Source of the DNA: Lama guanicoe
Taxonomy: Eukaryota
Assembly: GCA_013239625.1 (NCBI GenBank)
Contig: MU054187.1
Location: 19,584,711-19,620,654, forward strand
Direction of reading: 5' to 3'
Length of the DNA: 35,944 nt
Below are positions 1 through 12,119 of the stretch, piece after piece; positions within the stretch are counted from its first letter, which is position 1; the number at the start of each line of letters is the position of its first letter. A model generated the notes under the pieces. The model saw nothing but the letters and a program-made list of their open reading frames with translations. It was not told the origin of the DNA and did not search any database. The position numbers and the translations under genes were made by a program.

Positions 1-627
1 CTTGTTTTGCACAGAGAAATAGATATTAAAATATACACAGTGATCTATATATTGGCAAGTTTTATAACTTTGAAGCAATTTGAGACAAAGAAAGGAATTT
101 TATATTTTAGGCTTGTCAGCAATGTACCTGACTTCTGGAATTGGCCAAGATGAAACTCTGAGACCCATGTATGAGTCACAGGCATGGATCAAAGCAGTGA
201 GAGAAGATCCTGGTTTGAGACATTAAGTCACTCCTAGATAAGGAATTCATCAATATCCTAGTGAGAAAGGATGGAAAATAAATATCAGAACAACATTGTA
301 ATAAGACACATATACTTACATGTAAACTAAATGCTCATAAAATGGTTCTAGGCGCTCTAAGCTATAGGTTCACCTTTCACCGATTTTTTTGCCCATATAA
401 ATTGTTAAGATCAAGGAAGCTACTTAAATCATACAATGAAAAGAACATCCAGAAGTCAAAACAAAATGGATAAGGAATGCTTGCTCTATGTAACATGTCG
501 TGTAAATAGCCCTTACATCTCTCCTCAAGCTATATCCAATTGCATATTTGGAAAAGCAATAATACTGCAGCATAAGAACAAAGAATTCATGATCTCCTAC
601 TTGAATGCCAAAGGTCTGACTCCATTC

Positions 628-735
628 CTTTCATTCGTTCAACTGCAAAAGTACTGAGTGCCTGCTTAGGGCTTCAAGGTGCTGGTTACACATCATTAAA
701 CAAAATTCTGTGCCCTCAGGGAACTTCCATTCTAT
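628..735 (-). mobile_element. L2 3' end fragment
   Basis: tcattcgttcaac...tactgagtgcct...tgccctcagggaact, typical of the L2 3' end in antisense. Confidence 0.55.
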
Positions 736-1021
736 TCATGACTATTCATGACTTGATAAAGGCTTGACTACTTCAATTTTAATTCCAGGGAGTCTGAAAT
801 TATTTGTAAAACAGAAATATTGTGATAATAATTGGAGGCAGGAAAATCACATAATATAAGACTAGGAAAAATAACCAATAAAATATGAAATAAACTTTAG
901 AATTTTCACTTCCTCATGATAGATAAGGAGGGTAAGCTAACTTTCCAACTGCGACATCTAGAAAAAACGGACAAAATTTTAAAAAAATTCTTCAAGATAT
1001 CAGAGAGATAAACAAGGAAAA

Positions 1022-1120
1022 GGAGGGAGGGTATAGTTCAGTGGTAGAGTATGTACTTAGCATGCTTGAGGTCCTGGGTTCAATCCCCAGCACCTCCATC
1101 AAACAAACAAACAAACAAAA

Positions 1121-1159
<39 letters not shown>

Positions 1160-1161
1160 AA
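1022..1161 (+). mobile_element. tRNA-Ala(AGC)-derived SINE (camelid vic-1-like) with (AAAC)n(AAAT)n tail
   Basis: GGGTATAGTTCAGTGGTAGAG (A box) ... TTAGCATG ... GGTTCAATCCCCAGCACCTCCA (B box), followed by an A-rich microsatellite tail. Confidence 0.85.
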
Positions 1162-1699
1162 TGAAGGGTCTAGGGCTTGGGGAGAAAAGGGAAGCAGATG
1201 AAACAGGCTTAATATTTAGGGCCGCTGCCCTTCTAGGGATCTATGAATTCTGCAAGAGACAGATGAGAGGCAAAATCTGAGGGACACGTACGACACTGTT
1301 ACACGGTTAGGGAAACAATGAAGGAGGGTCCTGGTTAATCATCATATTTTAGTTTGGGACTTTGAAAGGCTGCAACATAGGAGAAAAGATGAACTTGAAA
1401 TAGACCTGGCTAATACCAATCCAATTCTTAAAATTAGTTTAGTGAGATCTGGGACAGATAGTGAACCTAGCTACCAGTCAGATACAAACATAAACACTCT
1501 GCAAAAGAAAATAATGTCACCCTAGATCTAAATTGATTTCTATAAATTTTCATACACAGTGCTAGTTTTATAAACAGAACAAAAAGAGGTAGGTAAATAT
1601 GCTCAAAAAGCAAAAGAAACAGCAAACAACAGAATTAGATGACCAACAAAGCAGAAGATAATAAAATAAAAACAGGTATATTACAGAAAATACCATCAG

Positions 1700-2110
1700 A
1701 AGCAAAAGATTTTTAAAGTATAATAAAATTGACAAGCCTTTATCAAGATGGATTTAAAAACAGAGAAGGCAAAAGTTATTGATTGCAGGTATAAAAATGG
1801 GTATATTTCTATACCCTATAGTTATTAAAAACATCATAAGAAAATATTATGGACTACTTCATGCCAATAAATTTGAAAATTTAAAAGAAATTTTTTAATT
1901 TCTGGGAAAAGACAATTTACCGAAAATGATACAAGAAGTAAAAGGGCAAATACTCCCAAATCTATTAACATTGAATCTGTAAGATTTCTTTCACAGAGAT
2001 TTTCCAGGACTCTAAGCTTCACCAATGAATTCTTACAATAGTTAAGGAAAAAAGAACACCAAACTTACACAAAATAGTCCAAAGAATAGAAAAGGAGGTA
2101 CTGATTTCCA
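1700..2110 (+). mobile_element. Old degenerate L1 ORF2 fragment
   Basis: aataaaattgacaagcctt...atgccaataaatttgaaaatt...ccaggactctaagcttcaccaatgaattct resembles the L1 ORF2 region between EN and RT. Confidence 0.65.
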
Positions 2111-2114
2111 CCCT

Positions 2115-2490
2115 GTTTCTAGCAAGGTCTTTGCACATGTTGTTGACTTTTCCTGGAACGTTTAACTACTCCCATATGGTTCAGCCTTAACTCTCAGCTC
2201 AATCATATGTCCTACCTTTGGGGTGACATCCTTTAGATTTCAATTTAATCATCTTTTGTATCCTTTTCAATTTAATCATCTTTTGTATCACTGAATGGTT
2301 ACAGTAATTAATTAATAAGTTAATTTTTATTAATTTTAGACATTATTTCATTACTATGTATGTCATCCATTGAAGTCTTGATTCCATGTACGTGGGACAA
2401 CATATGATATTACTCATGTGATATTCCAAGTTCTTAAAACCAGGCACATACAGGAGTAATCAATTGTTAACTGAAAGAATGAATGAATGA
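2115..2490 (+). mobile_element. L2 fragment ending in gaatgaatgaatga
   Basis: tttgcacatgttgtt...ctcagctcaatcat...ccaggcacatacagg...gaatgaatgaatga. Confidence 0.5.
2238..2289. repeat. Tandem duplication of 25 bp (tttcaatttaatcatcttttgtatc), period 27
   Basis: Exact copies at 2238-2262 and 2265-2289. Confidence 0.9.
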
Positions 2491-3234
2491 AGAAAATGGA
2501 AATTTTCTATTTATGAGAGTTTTTCTTTGCATGTAATCATATAACAAATGTGGAAGCATCTAAAATTAGTGCTTGTAATCAATCATATGACTCTCCTAAA
2601 CTTCCTCTCTCCTCTCCCCTGCCTTCTCTTCCTTTTATTTTTATATAGTCTGGAGTCATGGAAAGAGCAAGGCTCTGAGTTACACCTACATGTGAAACTT
2701 AGTTGTAGCACCTATGCCTTCATTTGGTCATTCCTTTGGTCAGTGGTAAAAGCAGGTAGTTCATTCCATATTCAGGATGACATAATCTTATTACAAGACC
2801 AGGAAAGTGCATGTAAAATAACCCTAAGATTCACTGTACATATTCTTACCTACATGCATGCAGATAATTGCTCAACACTGGAGATACCATGGAAAGTGAA
2901 AAAGCAATAATTCCTGGCCTCATAGGCCTCATACTCCAGTTAGGAAGACATACATTAAGCAGACACTTCAGAATAACCAATTATTATTTTTTATCATTTG
3001 CAGACGAAGACAATGAGAATGACGTAATAGAGCCAACGAACCATTTCCATGTAGGAAGATGCCTTATGGAGTTTCTTACTTACCTTCAGCACTCGGTCAC
3101 TAGGGTATCTGAGGCCCAGACAGCTATTTGACAGAAGCTGACAATGGCAATTTGGGTTTGATAACTTCCTCTCTCATGTTTCAAGTCAGTGTTTTACTCT
3201 CACCTTAAAAATGCTGAGATTAATTGCTTTCCTT

Positions 3235-3620
3235 TTTATTTTAATTTTTTTAAATTGAAGTATAGTTGGTTTATAATGTTGTGTTAGTTTCTGGTGCACA
3301 GCAAAGTGATCCAGTTATACATACCTATTCTTTTTCATATTCTTTTCCATTATGGTTTATTACAGGATATTGAATATATTTCTCAGTGCTGTACAGTAGG
3401 ATCTGGTTGTTTATCCATTTTATATATAGTAATTTGTATCTGCTAGTCCCTATCTCCTAATTTATCCCTCCCTCACTCTCTGTCCCCTTTGGTAACCATA
3501 TGTTTGTTTTCTATGTCTGTGAGTCTGTTTCTCTTTCGTAAATAAGTTCGTTTGTGTCATATTTTAGATTCCACATATAAGTGACATTGTATGGTATTTG
3601 TCTTTCTCTTTCTGACTTAA
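3235..3620 (-). mobile_element. 5'-truncated L1 3' end (artiodactyl type)
   Basis: Poly-T then aattgaagtatagttg...gtccccttt ggtaacc...ttagattccacatataagtga. Confidence 0.85.
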
Positions 3621-4155
3621 AAGTTGTCTTCTTAATGTAACCATGTCTTGGAATTTCTCAGCCACCAGCGGATATTTGATCTTTTGGTTACAATAGTGAC
3701 AGTTTTGTTTATGCTGCCCAAAGGAAGTTAATAGCTTTTCTTTCGTTGAATGGCAATACATAGAAAGAAGAAGTAGTTAGTGATTCCTTTAAACAATGAG
3801 ATCAGCTCTGTTATTACTAGACTTGAACAGCATCTTTTCCAAAGACCAGTCTGAGAGTTCATATCATTATTCCCAATAGAACACTTGAGAACTGAGGTTA
3901 CTTATCCACTGGGGAGAGAACTGAAGACAGAATTTCTGCATTTCAGTGTCTTTCTGAGCTGGACACCATTTTTTTTTCTACTTCATTTGCATTTCCTCTT
4001 AGAAAGTAATATTAACAGCATCAAAGTAGGCTGTACTGTTCAGGCATTAGCACAAGACCCATAGGAAACACCCTTGAGGACGTGGCCATTCGCTCTTTAT
4101 AGCCTATGAGAGAAAGGAACCCCTTAAAAATAAATCACTTGAAGCAGAGTGAAAA

Positions 4156-4183
4156 GTGTGTGTATGTGTGTGTGTGTGTGTGT
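4156..4183. repeat. (TG)n microsatellite
   Basis: Read directly. Confidence 0.9.
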
Positions 4184-4507
4184 AGCTTTACTTCATAAGG
4201 AACAAAAATTAATTCATAAAAATTCAGATGGTTTTCAAATCATCTATTATCCAAGTTACTTAGTTTCTTGATTATGTTTGTAAATTTACTTGGATTACTT
4301 CCTTGATTGTATCTTACAAATTTTTTTCAATAATTGAGATGGTGTAAAGGTTTGGGTAGACATTGTTCTGATCTGACTTGTTCTGCCCTCTGGGTTAGTG
4401 CACATGTTCCATTGTTCTTATTCTTTGTATTCTAATTGCCTGATCATCTGGGAAGGGGATGCGGGCAAAATGAGAAGATGTGAGGGTGTCCCTGTGCTGG
4501 TCCCTCG

Positions 4508-4645
4508 CATGTTGTCTCATTTACCCTCTCCACAGCCCTGTGAAGTGGATAGTCTCAGTTTTGCAAAGGAGAAAACTAAAGTGGGTGCATGCCCCATGGA
4601 AGCTCAGCTGGCCGTCAGTGGCCAAAGCAGGATTGAAGCCCTGTT
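4508..4645 (-). mobile_element. MIR fragment
   Basis: tctcatttaccctc..cacagccctgtga...ttttgcaaaggagaaaact...agcaggattgaagccc. Confidence 0.6.
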
Positions 4646-6356
4646 CTGCATGGGTCTCACCCCCTATTCATTCCACTTCCCTGCGGTGTGTGTCTGGGGG
4701 TAGCAGGCATGTCCTGTTTTCCCAAGGGGCTGGTGGTTAGGTGGTCCCCCCTCACATTGTCCCCCTTCAAACACTACACAGGATCTAGATATCAAACTTC
4801 AAAGTGGACAGAATGTATTTTCCCCTCAATGTTTAAAATAGAAATCTTAAGAATTTGTAGCTTGAGGGTTAGATTATGTCCCGATATTTCATCTTAATTT
4901 TCCGTCTACTTTGTTACTATCTTCAGACTAGTCAGTTATCTTTTTATAACCATCAAAGAAAAGCATTTCCTGTTATGTTTATTGCATTTTTGCACCAAAT
5001 GATGAAAAGTAAATACACTAAAAATGTTCAGAACAAATTATTTTTGTCAGTGATTTTCTAAATAATATTGGGTAGCAAAAAAAGAAATCTGGTGATAATA
5101 GTATTAATCTTTGATAAGAGTATTAATCATGGTTTTAGTATGATTCATCTTTGTATAATTAATACTTTTCTATAAATTTCAGTGTGGATTTAAAATCCAA
5201 TGGTTTACTACTAGTTATTCAGTCTAAAAATATTCAATAATAAAATATATTTTCCTCTGTGGTTTATAAAATCTACTCTCACTTCCTCTTTTTCCAGCCC
5301 TTTTGGAAAGTGAATAAATAATGGCTTTTTATTGCTCAGCCATGAACAACATCATTATTACTCTTTTTCTATGAATCCAGTACAACTTGACAAATACGAT
5401 GTTATTTCCTTAGAGATAGGTAATGAATTTGAACGCAAGTCAGATATACCAAGAGATTGATCATATGAATGTCCTTAGTAAAGACTAATTATTCTAAGTA
5501 TAAACTTTAATGAATTTTTTTTCTTAAAGATATTTTGATGTGATTTGACTGAGAATAAAAATAAAAGTAATAGGCTTTCAAGATGCCTCTGCTACTTGTA
5601 ACGTCAGAAGGCAGTTGTGAATGTCATGTCTAACTCTCTGCTGTTTGCCATCACTTAATACAGGAAGTATTGAACAGACAGTGGTCATTGAGTAGGAACT
5701 TGCTGAACGAGTGATCTTCTCAGGAGTAGCATGTTTATTTCTACCTACTGAAGACTCCGCGTTAGGATTTTATTTCTTATTTAGGCTGTTTGTTCTTTGA
5801 GGAGTGACATTTAAAAGAAGAGAAATAGGCCTTGAAAATTCCAAACTATATTATTCTTTTTAAAATTTTGCCTCTGCAAAGCCAAAGATTTAAATGAGTC
5901 AGTGCCTAGTGCTTTATAGAAAAATGCCCTCTTCTGGATGGTTGTGGAATACTCCTCAACCCCCAGTCCGAGGTGTTGGTAAAGTGCTGTCATCTGCAGC
6001 CCCCAGGCAGAGAACATCTTCTGATGAAGGAGACATCGGCCTGTGGTCGCCTTTGCGCACAAGATGTTATTTTGGGGATTGAAAGCCTCTTTGACTCCTG
6101 GAGAATAAGCATGGTTACCTTTTGCACACACTTGAGTCCTTTAGGAAGGACAGAGACAAGTCACGGGGGATGACTGTCACTGCCCACACCTGGCAGCTGT
6201 GTGGCCACCACCAAGCCCATCACTTCACATGCACAGCTGTATACCTCAGGGTTTGACATGTTCCTTTCCTAGTTCCTTTCCTTGAATAAGAATTCAATTA
6301 TTGTCCCAGCCACATGACCGGTTCTTTTGTACATTACGCATCGGTTTCATTCCTAC

Positions 6357-6496
6357 TAGGGTGACTGTACCGTCCAGTTTGCCTAGGACAGCCTCAGTTT
6401 ATGCTTGTTGTCCAGGTGTAATTACTGATAGCGTCTCTTTCCATTTTTCACTTCTCACCCAGTTTAGATGACACATCAGCACATATTAAACCCTAC
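6357..6496. mobile_element. Short hAT-Blackjack MITE (MER81/MER94-like)
   Basis: Starts tagggtgac..cgtccagtttgcctaggacag and ends accctac, giving degenerate terminal inverted repeats. Confidence 0.55.
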
Positions 6497-6952
6497 CCTT
6501 AAGAGTTACTTTTGATCAACTACTATCTGCTTTTATGTTTGAGTTGCAACATGATATTTACATAATTCTTCCTTTTCCGTTTCCTCCTCCCACTGCTACA
6601 AATACTCTCAGTTTCTTAGGCCTTACCCTTTAATTTTACCTGTATTACCCTGCTTTGCTCTAAGCCCTGAGAATACTTCCTAGCAACAGTACTTGGTGGA
6701 ACTATTAAGGGACTTTGTGAAGCTCTAACAATCATATTCTTACTGAGCACTTGGAAATTCGGGACTGTCACTTAGTAAAATATTCTGCAAAAACTAAGTT
6801 GTAAGCAGTGATGACAGAATGAGGTAGTCTGATTATTTTAAGTGAGTTTATGGAAAAGTAAGATAATGATTGTTTTAAGTGTTCTTCTATAATAGTTAAA
6901 GCACAGTGTATAATGTCCAGACTCTATTTTGTAGTGTCTCTCTCTCCCCCCT

Positions 6953-7021
6953 TATCTATCATCTATCTGTCTGTCTGTCTATCTATCTATCCATCTATCT
7001 ATCATCTATCTATCTTATCTA
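6953..7021. repeat. (TCTA/TCTG)n compound tetranucleotide microsatellite
   Basis: Read directly; about 340 bp downstream of the FABP9 polyA signal. Confidence 0.9.
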
Positions 7022-7362
7022 CTTTAAGCAGGGACAAACTTCTGCAAAAATAAAACAGCAGTGTTGGTTTTCAACATCTGTGCTGCCCAAAGTGGGTTCT
7101 GATGATTATAATACATCCTGCTTCGAGGTCACATGAATTTCAACAGAGCACCCTTTGCCAGAATGCCTTAACCTGTATGGAATGGGGCCACTGGAGGAAA
7201 ATCAACGAACTCAGAAGTCAGGTGTACAAAGGAAAAAGGGCACTTTAGTGATCTTGCAGTCACACCACGGGCTAAAGTAGCGTTTTGTCTCACCCGCTGA
7301 GGAGATTGTCCCTAACCCTCACTATTACACAGCAGCTCCCAAACTGCACTTAATTTGATGGT

Positions 7363-7368
7363 TTTATT
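7363..7368 (-). terminator. FABP9: FABP9 polyadenylation signal AATAAA
   Basis: TTTATT on the + strand, about 115 nt after the stop codon. Confidence 0.7.
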
Positions 7369-7482
7369 GAGCACATTTATGTTGAGTGTTGTTTTTTTTA
7401 AAATCACTGGCCCTGAGGCATATCTTCTTCAAGTCCCAGTTTCCTGTTAGTGAGCAAGTTTTCAGTGCTGTAGATACTTTGT

Positions 7483-7533
7483 TCACACTTTTTCGTAGAT
7501 TCGAGTGCTGATAATATTATTCATGGTATATTC
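7483..7533 (-). CDS. FABP9: FABP9 coding exon 4
   Basis: Acceptor TTTTAG|GAA; encodes [16 protein letters not shown]; stop TGA at 7485-7483. Confidence 0.94.
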   Translation of the reverse strand, partial: EYTMNNIISTRIYEKV

Positions 7534-10500
7534 CTAAAAGCAAAGAGGAATCTATTACAGTTGGCAGATGACAAGTTGAACTTGCTCTGTTCCTCTTTCC
7601 CCAGACCCTCTATTCAGGATGCAAAACAACTGAGTAACTTGAAAGGCATGCCTCAAATTAGAACATGTAAAAAAAATTGAATTTAGAGAAAACTCACCAC
7701 TACCATTTTGCCATCTACAGTTCGTCTTTTGATTGTGGTCTCTTTGTCAAGCCATTTTTGGACATGAATCATTGAGCCACCATCTAATTTTATGATGCTC
7801 TATAAAAGCAGAAAAGATTCCGTTAGAAATAGCACTTTACTACATTCTAATCTACCCAAGACTAGACATCTACTTTTTCATCTCAGTTTTGAAATTCTTT
7901 GCTCCAAAATTCTCACATCAGTTTTGGTCATAATTTAATGCCATCAGACTTGGAAAGTTTCAAGAGATTATTCACTTAATGCTTTTCTCCCCCAGGTAAG
8001 CAATACCTAAACTATTTGTGAATAATCCTTCTGCATGCTCTTTTATACAATGACAAAGAGAGATCAGAAAAACAATGCAAATATGTAGAATTTTTTAGCC
8101 CTGAATCATTTGCCAAAGAACTGACTTTAGAGATGTGCAATGTTAATTAATAAAACAAGCCCAAACTGACTGGATAAATAATCAAATTGGAATAAACCAT
8201 GCCTAACCATCTTCTAGCTTTTACCTGATTGTGGACCAGGAGGAGTCTTACCTTCACTTTGCGGTTGTCTGCTGTGGTTTCATCAAATTCTTCCCCCATC
8301 TTGAAGGAGATCTCAAAGTTCTTGAAAGAACTTTCTGTCTTGATGTTAACCTTCTCCTTGTCAGCACTAATAGTGATTCTCGGCTTTGCTAACCCTGCAA
8401 GGTTCTGGTCTGTAACACTCATTCCTATAAGGCAGAGAAAACAAGGTTATCTTCTTAAGAAGTTTAGGAAGAAGTGCTAGTAATCACTTTTGGAAAGCAA
8501 CTTTAAAAGAACGCACACTTCCCAGGATGAAGTTTTGAATAATATGTCATAAATGTCTTCAGTGATCTCTGTGCTGGCTGGATGAAGACAGACCACCCTA
8601 ATCAGAAGATATGTCTAGTAATTACACTATTATACTTGACATTTTGAAAAGCTAAATTCACTTTTTGAGACTAGTGTGCCTCACCTAAAGTCTTTGAGAC
8701 TCTTGGACTCTGTCTAAAATGTCTATTTGTAGGGTGACTTCTAGGTGATCGGACACTCATGCTTTACGTCATGAAGTGTTGCAGCAACAGTGCAGGGGTG
8801 TTATTATCCTCATTTTAGAGATGAGTACACTGAGTCTCAGAGAGGTAGAGAGGCTTATTCTAGGTGATGTGTCTGGTAATTAGCAGAGCTGAAATTTAAA
8901 TACAGGTTTACTAACTCTCCAAGAATTTTAGCACACTTTTTTTCTTAAAGAAAAACTAAGAAAAAGACACAAATGAACTTATTTACAAAATAGAAACAGA
9001 CTCACCATCATAGAAAACAAACGTATGGTTACCAGTGGGGGAAGGGGTTGGGAAGGGATACGTTGGGAGTTCCAAGATTTGCAGATACTAACTACCATAT
9101 ATAAAACAACAAGTTTCTACTGTATAGTACAGGGAACTATATTCAATATCTTCTAGTCACCTACAATGAAAAAGAATATGAAAAGAAATACATGTATATA
9201 TATATGACTGAAATATTATGCTGTACACAAGAAATTGACACAACTTTGCAAACTAACTATATTTTGATAAAAAAGAAAAAAAAACCCAAGAAATGAAATT
9301 TTCAGAGTCTCTAATCTACTCTGAAAGAGTATGATTTATAAAGTCCAAGCTTCTCTCTTGTTAGCAGATAAAATTCAGGTCTGGCCAAGTAAAGGGGAGG
9401 TATGCAGGCTGGACCATCTGGCTGAGAGCCTAGCCCTACTGTTCAGGTTGGGGATTGTCCATTGTTGAACTTGGCTCCTGCTATAGGTGGGCAGAAGAGC
9501 TGACTCCCCCCTCTCTCAGTGTCCGCGTAGAACTCGAGCTCACATGCAGATCATCGACTGATGGGACGCCTCTGATGACAGAGAAGCAGTGTTAGGTGTG
9601 GATCACGGAAGAGTGAGGAGCTGGGTGGTTAAAGCGCGGGCTCCAGCTTTGCCACTTGTTAGCCTGGCCACGTTATCTCCCTTCTGTAACCAAGAGCTTT
9701 CTCAGTGGTCCAGGCAGATATCTGTAGTTCTTACCTCATAGTTGTTAGGAGGTTAAATGATGGTTCTTGGCATGCAATCAACACCTAGTAGGTGCTCAGC
9801 TGTTACTCCCTCTTGCACTTTGCTTAAGTCCAGTCCCCAGTCAAAACATGGCAACTTTTAGCATAAGCCTCAGGTTTCTCAGATGCCCCCAAATTTATTT
9901 AATTATTTATTATTGAAAAAAAAAATTTAAACTCAAAACAGACGAGTCTATGAATCCAGGAAGAGATAGGGAAACATAGTTTTATTACTTCCTGAGAGAG
10001 TTCATACTAAAGAAAAAGTAACAAATATTACATTATGAGCACATTGACTTCTCATTATGTATTGATCATTTCAACCAAGTTTTTTTTTAAAAAGTAAGAT
10101 TAAAAAAATCCTTGACTTTATATCTATATATAAAATGAAATATTTACAATTAAATATGTAAATATAATATTTATATAATTATTTGAATATTAAATAATTA
10201 CTGTTTTTCTATCATTAGCAAAGAATAGTTGTTATTATAGATCTGAGCCACTATAAATGATGTTTATTGAGCTTGAGTAAGAATGAAAGTATGAACACAG
10301 TTTATACTTCTAAGAAATACCCAATGGTGAAAAATTCCATGAGAAAAATGTTCCATTGCTCCAATAAAGCCTTTGAAATTTTGCAAAATAGTGTTTTAAG
10401 ATATCTCCCATGTGCACCAGAACTCTAAAAATTAAGCAGCCAGAAATTTTGTTTGTTGCTATTGCTCTTTTGAAGTTATAACTTAAAGCAAACCTTGAAA

Positions 10501-10961
10501 CAAATTTAGCTGATAAATTTAATTATAGATAGGTATTACTGCCCATAAATGTGAAGCTGGGAAAAGCTATGTAATGAAATGACCAAGCTAAAAAGAATCT
10601 CTATCGTGAAGGTAGGATGAAGTATTTTCAAAAAGAATAAATGGGTTTAAATATATGGATTAAAAACTAGAAGGAAATAACTGTGAGCTTAGTATTCCAA
10701 AAAGAGATCATTATTGCTAGTAAGAAAAAAAGCGAAAGTAGATGCATAAGCTTTGTTAACATCATAAGCATATACTCTAGGATCACAAACGAAAGAGACA
10801 GTTATAGGAACATTCACTGCAAGGTGCAAACCCAAGCACATCACAAAATGCATTGCCAATTTCCAAATCTTGTGGTGGCATTTCTCACCCAGTTGTTTCA
10901 GGTATTCCTCAAAGTTTTCACTGGAGACCAGCTTCCAGGTTCCCAAGAAGTGCTCAATCAT
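7483..10961 (-). CDS. FABP9: Fatty acid-binding protein 9 (testis lipid-binding protein/PERF15), 132 aa; spliced CDS join(10889-10961,8252-8424,7698-7799,7483-7533)
   Basis: Spliced [139 protein letters not shown]9-type motifs [10 protein letters not shown] and STRIYEKV; lies directly downstream of FABP4 as in other mammals. Confidence 0.95.
7698..7799 (-). CDS. FABP9: FABP9 coding exon 3
   Basis: Acceptor TATAG|AGC; donor GTG|GTGAGT; 102 bp. Confidence 0.95.
8252..8424 (-). CDS. FABP9: FABP9 coding exon 2
   Basis: Acceptor TATAG|GA; donor AAG|GTAAGA; 173 bp. Confidence 0.95.
8795..8920 (-). mobile_element. MIR in FABP9 intron 1
   Basis: ttattatcctcattttagagatgagtacactgagtctcagagagg, the MIR core in antisense. 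Confidence 0.7.
8960..9284 (+). mobile_element. 5'-truncated L1 3' end in FABP9 intron 1 (antisense to the gene)
   Basis: aaatgaacttatttacaaaa..gaaacagactc...acagggaactatattcaatatc...gaaattgacacaac plus poly-A. Possible TSD aaaactaagaa / aaaacccaagaa. Confidence 0.85.
9625..9800 (+). mobile_element. MIR fragment
   Basis: gtggttaaagcgcgggctc...ttacctcatagttgttaggaggttaaatga. Confidence 0.6.
10889..10961 (-). CDS. FABP9: FABP9 coding exon 1
   Basis: ATCATGA start context; donor G|GTGAG; 73 bp. Confidence 0.94.
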
Positions 10962-11040
10962 GATGGAAAGCTCGTTGAGAAGAGGCACTCACAACCAAAA
11001 GCCAAAGAAAGTTAGGCAAGACACTGCTGCCAGTATCTTC

Positions 11041-11085
11041 ATTTAAAAGTCATCTTCATCACGTGACTCTTCTGAAATGGCCAAT
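11041..11085 (-). promoter_or_regulatory. FABP9: FABP9 core promoter: TATA-like TTTAAA, palindromic E-box TCACGTGA (11059-11066), CCAAT (11081-11085)
   Basis: Motifs lie 80-125 bp upstream of the ATG, in the same order as in the FABP4 promoter. Confidence 0.6.
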
Positions 11086-11609
11086 GGGCAGCAGCAAGAC
11101 CAAAGGTTCTAGGCACCAGCGTTGACTCACTTGATTTACCTCCAAATAAATAAACAAAATTAACATATTAAGCTGAATTTAAGTCAATGACTATCGCTTC
11201 TAGCAAAGAGATTTACAACCCAAGAGTCACCTGATAAATACTACTTGTGGGATGGAGACAGTTTTCAATAGACAGCAGCATTTTGCACTATGAGTGCTGA
11301 GTCAGCTCTGAAGGAATATCCCAACAAATGTCTAATGAACACCTGACTGAGGTGCCTTCCCATCTGATCCAAGGACATCCTTGCTTGCTCTACCTCAGCT
11401 GTTTTTCATTTGGACAAGTCACAGTGCCAGAGTACCCTCTGCATTAAAATAACATCTTCCCCTCCCTTCCTTGCAGGGTTGATGAGCTGTTATTAGTTAA
11501 TGTAACTGAAATGCCTACAGTTGGTTGGAGTGAGGTATAGGCTATTATTAATATTATCAGTGTTGCTCATCAAGAGTAATTGTGGACTGGGAAGAAAAAT
11601 AACAACTAT

Positions 11610-11812
11610 CATTGATGGTGTTTTGTGATATTTAGAACTACTGCATCCATTGTGTTACCAACTCAAAGATGAGGCCAAAACTGAGAATGACAGAGCCAAA
11701 AGTTGGGGGAGGGGGGGCTGCTCAAGACCACTTTATTTCTGGAATCTTTGTTAGAATTAATAAATTCCATTATTATTTAAATAACTTTGTGCCCAGATTT
11801 TTGTTACAGCTT
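11610..11812 (+). mobile_element. Possible MaLR (MLT1-like) LTR fragment
   Basis: gatgaggccaaaactgag...cagagcc...aataaattccatt...tttttgttacagc resembles the MLT1 3' part. Confidence 0.35.
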
Positions 11813-12119
11813 AAGCCTTCATGGTTGACATGCCTTTGTAGATAGCACCACCTCAATTAATTTGGACTCAAAACAACCAACTCCAGGTATCATGCGGTGC
11901 TGGCCTTACGCACAGCATCTCCCAGCTTTCCAGATCCAACTCAAACAGCTCCTCCTTGGGGAGACTGGTTCAGAGCTGGCTGATCCCTATTGTGGGATAC
12001 AATTACACTTTAATAGGAATATTTTAGAAGCCTTTTCTCATGCTATTGCGACGAGTTATCCTCCAGCTGTCCCCTGAGCCACTTTATGAGTGCATTAAGC
12101 AAAGACAATATAACTTACT

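Noticed and set aside
1026..1098. Functional tRNA-Ala gene
   Set aside because: The anticodon and D stems are mismatched and an A-rich microsatellite tail follows, which fits a SINE. The same applies to the copy at 19494.
3792..3812. SOX10 dimer-like site (AACAATG...CTCTGTT) as a PMP2 enhancer
   Set aside because: Short motifs like this occur by chance in AT-rich DNA, and PMP2 is not in the window.
5811..6173. Overlapping ORFs as a processed pseudogene
   Set aside because: No recognisable protein, poly(A) tail or TSD.
10689..10988. 99-aa ORF as an N-terminally extended FABP9
   Set aside because: It uses a non-ATG start in the 5'UTR and reads into intron 1. The real exon is 10889-10961.
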